Positions 26,756 through 39,586 of a stretch of 64,000 nt of DNA are shown in pieces. This stretch comes from Setoptus koraiensis. Taxonomy: Eukaryota > Animalia > Arthropoda. The stretch lies in NCBI GenBank assembly GCA_048013815.1, contig CM106585.1, forward strand, positions 372,001 through 436,000. The letters are read 5' to 3'. Position 1 is the stretch's first letter. Each line of letters starts with the position of its first letter. The position numbers and the translations under genes were made by a program. Under the pieces are notes generated by a model that saw nothing but the letters and a program-made list of their open reading frames with translations, was not told the DNA's origin and ran no database searches.

Positions 26756-27719
26756 AAATCATGACACGAACACACGCAGAGAGAATTTAATAATGGTCAT
26801 CAGCAGTGCGACTATATCACGCCATCAAACAACAACAACACCATTAATAATATTAATGCTTCTTTGTGTCTATGCCCATCGATGTGTGCTGTTGTGTTTG
26901 TATTCGTGTTTGCCGGACAATCACTTGACAAGCCGTGCCAAGGCAACGCTTTTGTGATTGTTCGTTCACTTGGACTCGGTCGCTCATTTCGTGCTCTTGC
27001 TCTCACACAGAATCCCTCTGTTTGTATGCAATTTGGCCCCAAGATTGGGCACGAGACTGCATTGTCGCAAGTCGACAGCCAGCAGCAGCAACTCCGGTAG
27101 CAGCAACTTGAAACAGGCTCTAGGTGCATATCTTTATTTTCAATGTGTTGTTTGTGGGGGCCAATGAGACACCACAAACAGCAACGCAAACAGTTATCAC
27201 AGCTAACAGTTGACACCAAACGGGCACTGTGTTATTGTTGTCGGCTAGCCTGCATTTGCCTGCTTTTGCCTGGCAGTGTCGGCCAGCAAAACATTAAGTT
27301 GTGCCAACATTAAGTGCTGTTTTACACAATTTTATCCCTCAGGCAAGCTCATCTGGCCAAGGTCTGGCGTTTGGTATCTGGCGGACACTTTGTGGCATGA
27401 TGGAGATTGGCGCAGTTTGCCAGAGAGAGGCTCGCTGGTGCAGAGAGAGAGAGAGAGACAGTCAAATATGGATACAGCACGCAGCGTGTTTGTGTTTGAC
27501 GAGCTGAAATAAGAGGCCCCCCACTAACAACACAACGTAAGTGGACCAACAACTAAAGAGCAACCAGCCATATTGTTGGCTGATTGTCATCGTGTTGGCC
27601 AGTGTAGCTGTTGGCTAGATTGTTGGTTAAACGCTCTCGTTGGGTCACTTCTCTCATCGTGGCCACTAACAGGAATTAGTTGGTGGCCACCAACAAAACA
27701 CCATCATCAGCATTGAGCC

Positions 27720-27818
27720 GTCGGTTGTTGGTCGTCGGTTGTCGGTTGTCAGTTGTTGGCCGTCGGTCGTCGGTTGTTGGCCGTCGGTCGTCGGTTGTTG
27801 GCTGTCGGCCTTGGTCGG
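27720..27818. repeat. Degenerate 21-bp tandem repeat (GTTGTTGGCCGTCGGTCGTCG)
   Basis: Two exact units at 27752 and 27773 with degenerate flanks. Confidence 0.85.
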
Positions 27819-29035
27819 CAACAAGACTCCAGTTGCTAGACTCCAATTGGCACAGTCAACGAGAAGCGACAAACGACAGGCGACTTCTCTTCTGTTCCGG
27901 TGGCCAAAATGCAGTTTGCCACGGTCCAGTCAGAGGTGGACAGATAACATGGCCATAGATTAGCATGAGCAGCCATGGGCACGGCTCTGACTCGTTTCGC
28001 TGGCGCTAATTTTCAATTGCCACTCGTGTTGATGATGCTCATAGAGGCAGGCTGCAACTTACAATAATGACACACAACGGGTAGACTCGACAGCCAAGCT
28101 CGTCAGGCAACCAGAACCATATAACAAGCGGCCGTACGCCAAGTGAGCAGCGACAAGACTGGCACTCGGAAGTGAGACAATCTTGGCAATGAATTGTGAG
28201 TCGCAGCAGCGAGTGCCTTCAAATGGAATTATCTAGTTAGTGGGCCCAGCAGAGAAATTGATACAACAGTCGCTTGGATGATGTGTCAGGCAAAGCGCGA
28301 TTGTAAGCAAACAAACAAACAATAGATAGATGGATGGAAAGATGCATTTTGGTGTGTTTCATTTCGGGCACATTTTGCACACCAAACAGCAGCAAACATG
28401 GCCAACACGGCTAACACGGCTAACATGGCGGCGATAATTGGGTAAGCCGGGCTTGACATCATTTGGTAGGTGTCTAGTACGTGTCTACTGTCACAGCGAG
28501 AGTGAGTTGGTGTCTGACAGGCACAGTGTGCATTACAACAAATACATAACCCGTCGTTGTGTAAAACTGTGTGTCTATTACACAACAAGCGAGAGAGATC
28601 AATTGAGATTAAACGGAAGTTGCGTAATGTAGCGAATAGACAAAAGTAGTGGCTGGCATATATAGATTTGTAGACTGTGTGTGTGTGGATTTTTTATAAA
28701 CAACAACAAAACCAAACAAAGAGACAGAGAGAGAGAAAAACAAGTTGTTATTGTTGCTCTTATGAAGCTAATGTGTCAACTGTGTTCGGGCGAGGCCGGG
28801 GCCGGGGGCTGCCAATGCCAATGCGACTGGCTGTGGCACTGTGACCATTATTGCTGGCACGGCGGGCCAAGAAGTAAGCACACATCATTAATAGCACGTG
28901 TAAAAACGAGTTACAACCAGTTGGACGAAGCATGCACTATGCGCGCACCGTGTGCGTAACTGTTACGTAAGTCGCGCACGACACACAACACACAAGCTAG
29001 TAGAACCGTTAAACTACTACTACCACTACTATACT

Positions 29036-29082
29036 TACAGACTGTAGTACAGACTGTAATACAGACTGTACTACAGACTGTA
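29036..29082. repeat. 12-bp tandem repeat of the odd-centred palindrome TACAG-A-CTGTA (x4)
   Basis: Units at 29036, 29048, 29060 and 29072, separated by single G, A and C. Confidence 0.95.
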
Positions 29083-29432
29083 AGTTACAGTTAGTTGTAG
29101 TGCAAGTTGTACGTGACTCGTGAGCGCCAAGGTGTGGCGCTCGCACAATAACGCTAGAGGGAGTTGGGGTTGTTAGTAGAGGTTGATTAACAGGATACAA
29201 ATGAGCCAACTGGCTGGCCAGCGATTATTTACTTATGCTGAATACAAGCGCTAATTGGTAACGCCTTGTGTCGTCGGCATTATCATGCATCATTCGACTT
29301 AATTTGTATTGATGAGATCGATACGCAGCAAATGGCAACAAATAACAAATGCGGCGTGTTGTGCGACAGGCCGCGCTGGCTTACATTTGTAGGTGTAGAT
29401 GATTCATGAGTCACTATCCAGTCATTCAGATT

Positions 29433-29585
29433 TTCAGATATTTGGATATTTGGATATTTGGATATTTGGATATTTGGATATTTGGATATTTGGATATTCA
29501 GATATTCAGATATTCAGACAGCCAGACATTCAGTCATTCGGATGTTCGGATATTCGCATATTCGCATATTCGGATATTGGGATAT
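29433..29585. repeat. 8-bp tandem array (TTTGGATA)x7 grading into TTCAGATA/TTCGGATA/TTCGCATA
   Basis: Seven exact units at 29441-29496, with variant units on both sides. Confidence 0.95.
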
Positions 29586-31329
29586 AGCTGTGATCGGTGA
29601 TGAGTGATCACAAATGAGCAATGATGAACGAATGAGCAACAGCGAGACCAGTATAACATTTGATTGCATCATCGTATGCAAAGTGTACGGTCATAGTTGG
29701 CTTGCACTCAATTGGCCTTTAAGTGACGATTGCTCAACGCAACACACTAACGACTCTGTTTACATGAGCAAGCCGATGGAGATGTTTGCCAGCCATGGAC
29801 ACACTGGCAACTGGATTATACTGTTTATTATATAATAATGTAAAATGTAGTTTGTGTGCAGAGCGCCGTTTGTTTATGCCAAAACTGCATTGCACTGCAC
29901 TGCACCGTACTGGCTGAACTGGCTACTTGAGTAGCACTGATTCGGTAGTCACACACAACCATTAGCACGCTGCTTGCATCTATTATGCAATCATGAATTA
30001 TCAACTTGATAAGTAATTAGTTATCTAATGCTTCAACGTTTGGCCCGCTGTCAGCCTGGCCAAACGTTGAAGTCCAACACCAATTGTCGAGTCACACAGC
30101 AAATTGCAAACTATAGCGACACAACGCGCAAACAAGCGGCTCCTCTATTCAGCCGACAAGTTTAAACTTTTAGTTTGATATCTCTACACTGGAGTACACT
30201 TACTTTTTGCAAAATGTTTGTCGTTGTTGCTGTCTAAACAACGACAACAACAACAACAAACATCCAGAGCAAATAACAAACGGCAAACAAGCCAGCCAGC
30301 CAAACAAACAAACAAACGACCAACAGCAACCCCTTCATACGCTGCCTCACTTTGCGCCACCACTCCTGCCCAAATGCCTTTTCTTACATCTGGTTCAGTA
30401 CAAGTCCGCCAGGGTGACGCTATCTGCTTGCCAAAAGCGATGCAGCAGTTGATCATGACCGCTAGTGTAGATCTGCTGAAAAATTGCTGCAAATAGTCAT
30501 CGCGCGTGCTCTTTTCAGTCTCGTTACAGCGCTCTGCTGTTCATGCGCTCTGTGAAGCAATCAAACAGAGAGAATATTTAACGAAACAACTCGCTTACGG
30601 CATCACAATTGTCGCTTTTCCAGCGCCCCTCGCGGACATGTGTCAAACCCGGTGAAGAGCCATCGGGAAAAATTCAAACACAGTGCGCACAATGGACACA
30701 CAGCAGTAACATTAGTCTAATGTTAGAGGATTACGGCAGCATCAGATTGTGCAGACGAGGCGAGACACATTATGTAACACACAGTAGACGACATGTAACA
30801 CTAGCAATTTGTAGGGGCCAGTGTAAGCTCCACCGCGCGCCTAGTGGATAACTGGCGCACGTCATTGTGCAACACACAATTGAGCCACAGACAATTGAGA
30901 TATACTGTATGAGGTTGGCATGTCATGCTGCGTGAGTGTATTATTTGTGCGCTCTATTCAACAGTGTTCGTTCGGTAGGGGCGCTGCGGGCACACTGTTG
31001 AAAGCTGTTGCATGAGCGCGGCACGACTTCGGTGATACATCCTGTGTAAAGGTTGGGTGTAATACACGGAGAAACTACCGAGAGAGAGGGAGAGAGAGAG
31101 ATAGTCTGCCTACTATACCTACTACACATGCTGTAGTTGTAGTGCACGACAGCAAATGGCCAATTAAGTGTGTGCCGAGCTGCGTTAAGCAGGCTGGCAA
31201 GCTAAAGGCTTGCATGAAAGAATCAAATTAATTTAGTAATTGATGTGGTGATAGTGGCTAAGCCCTCGTTAACACTTGCTTTAGTTACACCAGCCACCGT
31301 GTGAGTTGAACAGTGTGTGTCTGCTGCTT

Positions 31330-31341
31330 AAGATGGCCGCC
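31330..31341 (+). promoter_or_regulatory. YY1/Pho-like motif AAGATGGCCGCC
   Basis: Close match to the YY1/Pleiohomeotic consensus (AAGATGGCGGC/AAGATGGCCGCC) in the gene-free block. Motif match only. Confidence 0.3.
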
Positions 31342-31740
31342 GCTGCTGCCGCATTATTGTTTATAGCCAACACGAACCGAGCACACACACAGTCCGGACA
31401 ACTCAAGTCGATTACATAAGTGGTCGGCCGAGCCAGCCAACAGCGAGCGGCGAGCGGCGTTTGCCGGCAACGACGACAGGGGCAGCATCAGCGCCGACCA
31501 ATAAAGGCGCTGCTGTTGTTGTTGTTGCTGTTGTTTGGCCGTGGTTGTTTGGCCAGTGTGTTTAACAACTGGCCCGTGAGTCGCAGAGCCGCCAGCAGAC
31601 GTAATAGACGTCAATTGTGATAGACAGGCCCACTGTTGTTATCTCATACACAACACAACACAACACAACACCATTCTTTGTCCCATTCTCTCGTTAGCCG
31701 CTTGCCGGGCACGCTGTCGCTGGCGTCGCTGCTGCTAACG

Positions 31741-31780
31741 CCGCCGAACGCCGCCGAACGCTGCCGAACGCTGCCGAACG
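31741..31780. repeat. 10-bp tandem repeat (CYGCCGAACG)x4
   Basis: Read directly. Confidence 0.9.
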
Positions 31781-33170
31781 CTGGCAAGTTGTGAGGCGAA
31801 GCGAGGCGATGCGCGGTGTGGCGTGGCGCGCCATTTGCATTCGCGACCGACACACACACACACACACACGCAGCCAACGTATCATTGGGTTCTTTTTTGA
31901 CAACAGCGACAGCAACAGCCACAACAGCGGCCACGCCAGCGTCAAACCGGGGGACTGATTTGTGTTGCGCGCTGCCAGACGCCGTGCTGCTGGCCGGTGA
32001 AATTGCCGATGGATTAGTATTTCGGACAGCGTCTCACTCCAGTGGGCCCGACTGTGTTTGGGCCGCCAGTTTGGGCCTGCACCGGAGACGACGGTGCGGA
32101 CGGCGCGGACGGCGCGCCAGCCAGCGGACAGGGGACACTGCACGCGGGTCAGGCCGCTCGGGCAGTTTGGGCACTGGAGTGCAAGTTGTTTGCCCGTTCG
32201 GCTGGCGTGATGCTCGCCGGCCGCAGCGTGCAACGAGCCATTTAGTCGCTAAATAAGCGTGCTTTTATCGCTACCATGTCGTCGTGGTCGCCGCCTGCGC
32301 CAATTGGCCGGTATCAATTGGCGAGCCGTGTATTATGTGTTTGCGTAGTTGGACTGTTCAAACTGTGCACACTATAGGCCGCACAGGGCTGGCTGTGGGC
32401 ATAGTTTGAGGGAGCGTGAACAAAGAGTAATCGATGGACGCATCGATGGATGTTTGCACTGATTTACATGGCACTGTCCAACAGCGACCGCTCAACAGCG
32501 ACCGCTCAACAGCGACTGTTGCGAGTGGCAAATGGCCGCTCAACAGCCTGACAGCTCGGCCCGATGCTGGCCCGACGGCCGACACAGCGACGCAGCCCAC
32601 AGCCATGTTGCCGACGACGGCCCGCAAGCCAAAACGATGCCGATGAGCATCATGATGAATCGTGATGATGAGCCGGCCAGTCGCATGCTAATTGCCACTG
32701 GCCGCTCGCCAGTGAGTGGCAGCGCCACCGCAACTGGCCACACCGTTGCTGGCCGGCCGATCGGCTGGCTGGCAAGCTCATGCGAGTGACTGTTGCAACA
32801 GTTACATTGCCGGCATGAGTAGTTGTGCAGTCATTTAGTCCCTTTGGCAACACACACACACACACACACACACACAAATAGCCTGTTAATGCCGGTCAGC
32901 GCCGCGTAAGGCCAAACGCACACCAAAGTGACCAATGAGAGCAGCGTGGCTCGCAACGGTAATACACTGGCCCGATACGGCTCGCTATGAGCGGCTCACT
33001 GTAAGCAGCTCAGGTGCCGCTTGCATCGGCCGGCAATTTGGCAATGGTGCCGGCTAATCGCCAGAGGAGATCTCTCCTCCGTGTATCTGCTCAGCAGATT
33101 CTGCTGGATATCTGTGTATCTGTGCAGTCTGCACATATACAGATATGTCGAGCATATACGCAGCACATAT

Positions 33171-33242
33171 CCAGCGAACAGCCAGCGAATGCCCAGCGAA
33201 TGCCCAGCGAATAGCCAGCGGATAGCCAGCAGATAGCCAGCG
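33171..33242. repeat. 11-bp tandem repeat (CCAGCGAATRS-like) x6.5
   Basis: Read directly; units diverge progressively. Confidence 0.9.
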
Positions 33243-33989
33243 CACACCTAGCGTATATCTGGCGTATATCTGGCGTGTATCTGTATGGTGTGAGCTAGTG
33301 GCAGATGAGCGTTGAGAGTCGGAGAATGTGAGAATATGAGAATGGGCAGCCAAACAAGCCAACAAAGTGAGGCTGTTGTATGTGTCGCTGTTGCCCAGTG
33401 ACTCAGCGCCAGTGAGCGCATCATGCGGCCTGTCGGGCCGGCCAAACGCATCGCTAATCCAATTGGCTGTCCGTTGCTGCTCGCGCCGATTCGAAGCCTT
33501 CGAGTCGGCGAGAGTCGAAGGGTCCGCGCTGGCAACCCGCCGACGAGCGGCCCGCCGACCAGCCGACGCTTCGATGGGTGACGAATCCGGCTCGCTGTTC
33601 GGCCGGCTTCCTGCTGCTCGCCGCTTGCCACTGTTACCACTTGAGCACAAACACCGACAGACATTTTGTTTTTTCGCCATGTCTCAATGCTCTTTGTCTC
33701 TTGGCGCGGCACAGCGGCTCGCATCCGTCGAGCCGCCGCTCCGGAACAGTCGCGCCAGTCGCGCCGATTGCACCATTCGGAACAGTCGGAACAGTTTGCA
33801 TCAGCCGAGCGGGCACAGTGGCGGGCAATGTTGCGCAGTCCCCAACAGTCGGGGGACGCAGCGCGTTGCGTGAGCGAACATTTCAAATGTTGTTCGATGC
33901 GTGCGTGCGTGCCTGTGTTTGTGCGCTGACCAATCTAGCGTGATCTCGCTACAGTTTACTGCAGTTGAGTGTGCAGTCTACCAGTTATA

Positions 33990-34064
33990 CTCTGGCAGTT
34001 CTGGCTGCTCTGGCAATTCTGACGGCTCTGGCGGCTCTGGCGGCTCTGGCAGCTCTGGCGGCTC
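33990..34064. repeat. 9-bp tandem repeat (YTCTGGCRG-like) x8
   Basis: Read directly. Confidence 0.9.
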
Positions 34065-37007
34065 GAGCAGCTATCCAAATGATCATTGTGTAGTGTGCAC
34101 AGGACGCGCACACCGAACGCAGCGAGCGTAACCTCTTGAGCTTCGTCGTTTAGCATGCTAAGCCCGCTGGCTTGAGCGCGGCCAGCAGCAAGTTATGTAA
34201 CACAACAACTGTGCACAACAGAGTGTGCAGCATTGCAGGGTGTGTGTGTGTGTGTCGCGACTTGCAGCGACGCGGCCAGGGACAGCGGCCAGAGACAGCG
34301 GCGGCGGCGGCGGAGACGGGAGTGCGCAGAATGTTTAGTAGTGGCATTTGTTTATAGGAGACTTGTTTAAAGATGACAAGAATACTGATTCGCTTAACAT
34401 CATCTTGATCATCGTCAAAAACAAAGATGAGATAAGATGACATCATTAAGTAGTAGTGGTGCTGAATGGCCACCATTGCTATCAACTGCGCACTGCGACG
34501 ATATGCGACCATATACGACGACCATTCATAGTCATGGTAATAATATCGCGTTGCGTCGCATATCATATCTTGCTATATCTTGCTGTAGCGTATCATATCA
34601 CACACACACACACATACATACGCTGATGATCGGCGGCTGATGGTCATGTGTGCATGTATCATGTACCAGTGAATGCACTGCCAATGTAGTGCCAAGTAGC
34701 ATCAACACCATGGCCACTGTCACACAGTGTCGATGCGCCTTGTTGGTGTTGCCTGCCGCGGGACAACTTGTCTCACTTGCCGCACTCACTTCCTTGCGCC
34801 TTGCCTGTGACTGCACACTGCTCACCAGTCACTGGTCACCAGTGTGCGCGCAATCCAGTTGCACACTGGTCACGAGCCGCGGCCACTGCCCATTGTGCGC
34901 ACGCTGCCCTTCTCGCCACCAGATGGCCCAAGATTGGGCCCTCTCTCTACCGGAGTCTGTGCTGGACTCTCTACTGGAGTCTGTGCTGCAGTCTCTACTG
35001 GACTCCAGTAACTGGAGTCTCTCTACCAGAGTCTAGAGGGTCTGCAGGCCGCGGCACATTCTGTGCCATAGAGTGTGTGGAGCAGCAGTTGCGACTCACC
35101 AGCTACTTGTGAGTGGCGAAGAGTGTCTCATGCTACGCGACTCACACTATGCGATTCATGGGCTCGCACCAGACGCGCAGTACCAGTCGTCTGTGCGCAG
35201 TTGGTGCCGCTTTGATGATACCCAAGTGTACGTGCGCCCGTACCTGTGAATGGAGCATAAGGGGCACAGGGGGCAGGGGCAAAGGGGGCTCCTCTTTCTG
35301 GTTGAGTCAATGTGCGGCGCGCAAACATAATAAGGATTCGATCATCATCATCTGCACGATTTGTATATAAGTCGCTGGACAAGGGATAATCTGCACTGTA
35401 CTAATGCTGTGTGTGTGTGCATGGTCAAAAGTTCTCTCTGCGAGCTACAAGTTCCATCATATAAAGTTCGACCATGGAACATGTACGGATACAACATGTG
35501 TAGATAGAACAACTGCGCCGGCACAGTAGTAAACAGTATACTATACTGATTATACTATACCGACTCGGTATAGTATACCGAGTATAGAAATCAACAGTGG
35601 TTCGCACAACAATAATGTGTACACAAGCCGGAGAGACAAGCGCATTGTGAGTGCGTGTGTGCGCAGAATTTTATGTGTCGCTGGATGTACATCGCTGGCA
35701 GTATCAGTAGTTTGGTTGTATACTGGTTGCAACTTGCAATGGCAGTTGTGCCAATGGTAATAGAGGCAGTAGTGGTGGTGCTAGTGGTGGTGCCAGTGGT
35801 AATGGTGGCGCTGTTCCGTCAGTGTGTGTATGTGCAATTATCGCTGACGACAGCCTCTCCCACACTTTTCTCTCTATTGTGGTGATGCGGTGGTCATGCG
35901 CACAGTCTGCGTGTGACCCTCTGGTGTGTTTTGTAGTTGTTGTTGTTGTTGTTGTTGCCGTTTCTACACTGCACTGCATACTGCACTGTTTGTGCCAACA
36001 CCGTGCACCGGACAACACCAGGCGGTCTGCTGTTATACTGCTGCCTTGATGTGATATCGGCCATTTGCACCTACCAACGCTGTGGCCCGGCATCCTCTAG
36101 GCGTGTGTGCAACTTGCACTGTACAAGGCCCACAGGAAGGCATGATGAGGCTTTGCACGATGAGTGAGAGAGGGCGCTGAGCGTAGCAAGAAAGGTTAAA
36201 TTAAACACACACACAAACGATCAATCGATCTCCTCCCGGCCACTCTAGTCCCCAACTGGCCATTGTGGGCTAAAGGGCCCCCCACCCACGTAACATACTG
36301 ACAACTGTGAGATGTAACTATTGCATAAGTGTGAGTTTGTGTGTCAGTGCCAAAAGTGTCACTGCACACATAAGCGCTCTAATTTGAGCCCCAGTCTCTT
36401 TGAGTGTGTGTCGCTAAAACTGTGTGTTGTCACTCGCAACAACTTGCCGCTTGCATCATGCTTGCACCAAACGCTCCAGCGCCACATAACACCTAACGCC
36501 CCAATAGTGATGTGCGCACGATTGTGAGCGCATTTTAAAATAGAAAGCAACTGTGAGTGTGCTCTCTCTCTCTCTCTCTCTCTCTCTCGGCCTTAGGTCT
36601 AAATTGTATACTTGTGCGCATACAACAACAAAAAATCACAATCTCTCCTCGCTTGCCTATACATTGCCTATACACTGTATAGTATACAGTGTGTAATATA
36701 CAGTGTGTAGTGTCTGCGGGTCTGACGAATGGCTGTGAAAGCGAGTGTATACGTGATGGCATGTATGTGACTAACAGAGTAGTCGGACAAACAGTATACA
36801 GTTGCGGGAATCGAATTTCTTATGCAGCCTGCACAGAGATCGTGTGCTCACAACTACGGGCACATGAGAGACTCGCTCACGGAGCCACTACAACACCAAT
36901 ACACAACCGACGCTTCCAATTAGACTGGACGCGGCGCACATTGGCGCCAGTGTGCGCTTTTCGCGGGCGCTGCCTCCGCCAAAATGACAGTGCGCTTGAT
37001 AAAACGC

Positions 37008-37073
37008 CTGCTAGAGGGCGCCTCTCTGATTCGCAAGCGCTTGAATCGCGCCCACTGGCAGCGCCCCTAGCCG
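37008..37073. promoter_or_regulatory. Cluster of CTCF-like motifs (candidate insulator)
   Basis: CTGCTAGAGGGCGCC (+, 37008-37022), CTGCCAGTGGGCGC (-, 37048-37061) and a weaker GGCTAGGGGCGC (-), compared with consensus CCRCYAGRKGGCGC. Confidence 0.4.
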
Positions 37074-37632
37074 CCGGTCCTGCTGTCGCCTGAAGTCATT
37101 TTGAAGGCACACGCAGCGCACTCCGGGGCCCGCAAAAGAGCACACCGCTGGATGTGCGCTTTTCGTCGGTGTGCGCTGCGTCCACTCTATAGTTGCAATG
37201 GTTCCAATGTTGGCGTGTGTGTGTGTGTGTGTGTGTGTGCATAGGATGGCGCACGCTTCCTTTTACACTAGGCTGCCACTACCCAGTAGTAATAGTTCGG
37301 CACGGGAGATAATTTCAGTACTGATTTGTTATATACAACAACAACAACAGTAATAATGCAGTGAATACGCCATAGAACTTTTGAAAATTTCATTATTAGT
37401 GCGCTCATTCGCGAATAAACGCTCTCTTTTGTGCGCAGATATTTGCTACACTCAGTGCAACATTGCCATCATTCCATTGCCGAACCCTAGGTAAGCCACT
37501 ACCATGGTGTTAGTGGCGGTGGTTGCATTGCTGCTGCCTCTATAGTATAGTTCAAATGTGTTTGCACACACGCACACACACACACTCAAGCACACACAGG
37601 CGGACAGACGGACGGACGGACAGGCGAGAGAT

Positions 37633-37748
37633 CGAACGAACGAACGAACGAACGAACGAACGAACGAACGAACGAACGAACGAACGAACGAACGAACGAA
37701 CGAACGAACGAACGAACGAACGAACGAACGAACGAACGAACGAACGAA
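37633..37748. repeat. (CGAA)x29 tetranucleotide microsatellite
   Basis: 116 bp perfect array. Confidence 0.97.
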
Positions 37749-39586
37749 TGTGCGAGCGAGTGAACGAACGAACAAACACAGGGTAGAGAGAACTGTTCTG
37801 TTGTTGATCTCGTCCCTTGTTATTATTATTCTCCTTATTCTTAACCACTACCAAAACAACAAGAGCAACTACCGCCGCCGCCACCACCAGCACCACGGTA
37901 CCTCCTATTATCAACCTTAATATATTATCACAATTATATCATCATAATCAATATATAACCAGCAAATATCTGTCTATTTATCTTTTATGTCACCACCAAT
38001 ACAAATGTGTGCAGAGAGAACAGTAATAACACTAGCAACAACGACAGCAACAAGGGAATAACTTAATAGCTGGAAAGGAGAGCAGCAGAAGCATCGGCCA
38101 TAACAGACGCTCAACGATTTTAAATACATCGCTTGTGTGTGTGGTGTGTGTGTGTGTGTGTGCGCTAGCGAGTGTGAGTGAGTGCGAGTGAGCATCCACA
38201 CCAACAGAAGAATAGGATAAGCATGCGCTTATTCACAAGAAGAAGTCATCTTGAATAAGTCTTGAGAACAATATTAAACAAAATATAAAACTATACTATA
38301 GATAGTTGCTGTTTGTTTTGTGTGACTGTTTGTATTTGTGAGTGATGTAATGCTAATTAGATACCACAACTGATAATACAACAAATAGTACTAATAATAA
38401 TATAATTTAACAATAATAATACACAATCAAGATCATCACAACAATGACAACTAACAATTAATATTAGCAAAATATCATTATGATTGAACACACCAAACTC
38501 ACGCACACAATATCGTCATTAAAATGCAACATTATGTAAAAAGTGTTTGCACAACAACAACAAGCATCGTTGATGACCAACTCTCTGATTAGCGCTAGCA
38601 GTGGGTGCTCATACAATTATAAACAATCAAACAATTAATAATCAATTAAACAACCAAATATAATAGTAATAATAATATTTATATATATTGTGTTCTTGCA
38701 ATTAGTATTGTTGTGATGACGTCGGCACACCAAGTATATGAGAAAACGTCGTATAGTTTTGCTGTAAAATGATTTTGCGTTGTTCAACTTAAACCATGAT
38801 CATTTTCTTTGTGCTAGATTAAACAAAGATCCAAGAAAAAGCTTCATCTATACTCTACTAAAGGCTATGATAAGCATCAAACGACGACAAACTACTATTT
38901 CCAATATATTATTGAAGGGAAACTTCAAAGATTTCCATCAGCAACAATAGACGTACACACACACACACACGCACACGCACACACAATCACATAGCAAAAA
39001 CTCAAATGTAGCAAATTGAAATCTATCTATCCTAATAATAATTACTATCATCAATAATAGGATCCTGCAATAGAGAAATAAACGAGGCCATTCCATTCGC
39101 ATTGTAGCATTGGTTTGTGATATCGTCATCGTCTCGATTTACTACAGCCCCTTGTATGACATTGGCCATTTGCCACTTACAATGTTGTTATTTTTAAGCG
39201 TCTAACAATGAAGTCAAACAATAGAACACACATCAACCGAAATTCTCTCCATTGTTGTTGTCTACCAAGCTGATTGAGATAGAAATTAGCCTTAGCTGAT
39301 TAAAGCCGACTCATAATATTAGCTGCAAAGCTATCATTTAATCAAGCTTGATTAATTAGGGCAAGCGAAGCAGTTATCTCGTTATATATTAATAATAGTT
39401 AATATTAATAGTAATAATAATATAAATAATAATAGCAATTGTAATAATAGTGGTAGTTGTAGTAATAACAGCGGTAGCAGTAGTTGTTGTATCAAAGCAA
39501 CGAGACATACACAACAGACAGCAAGATAACAAATAGCACACCTTATCAACCTTAAATCTCGCATAACCACACAACCACTGCCCCTA

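Noticed and set aside
27271-27292. TGGCAGTGT as a miR-34 family microRNA
   Set aside because: Only the first 9 nt match, the 3' part differs and no precursor hairpin is evident.
31644-35112. Many overlapping 60-212-aa ORFs in all six frames
   Set aside because: Expected from high GC and tandem repeats. No domain signature or consistent exon structure was found.
37452-37920. ORFs with FVRS/RTNE repeats
   Set aside because: They are translations of the (CGAA)29 microsatellite.
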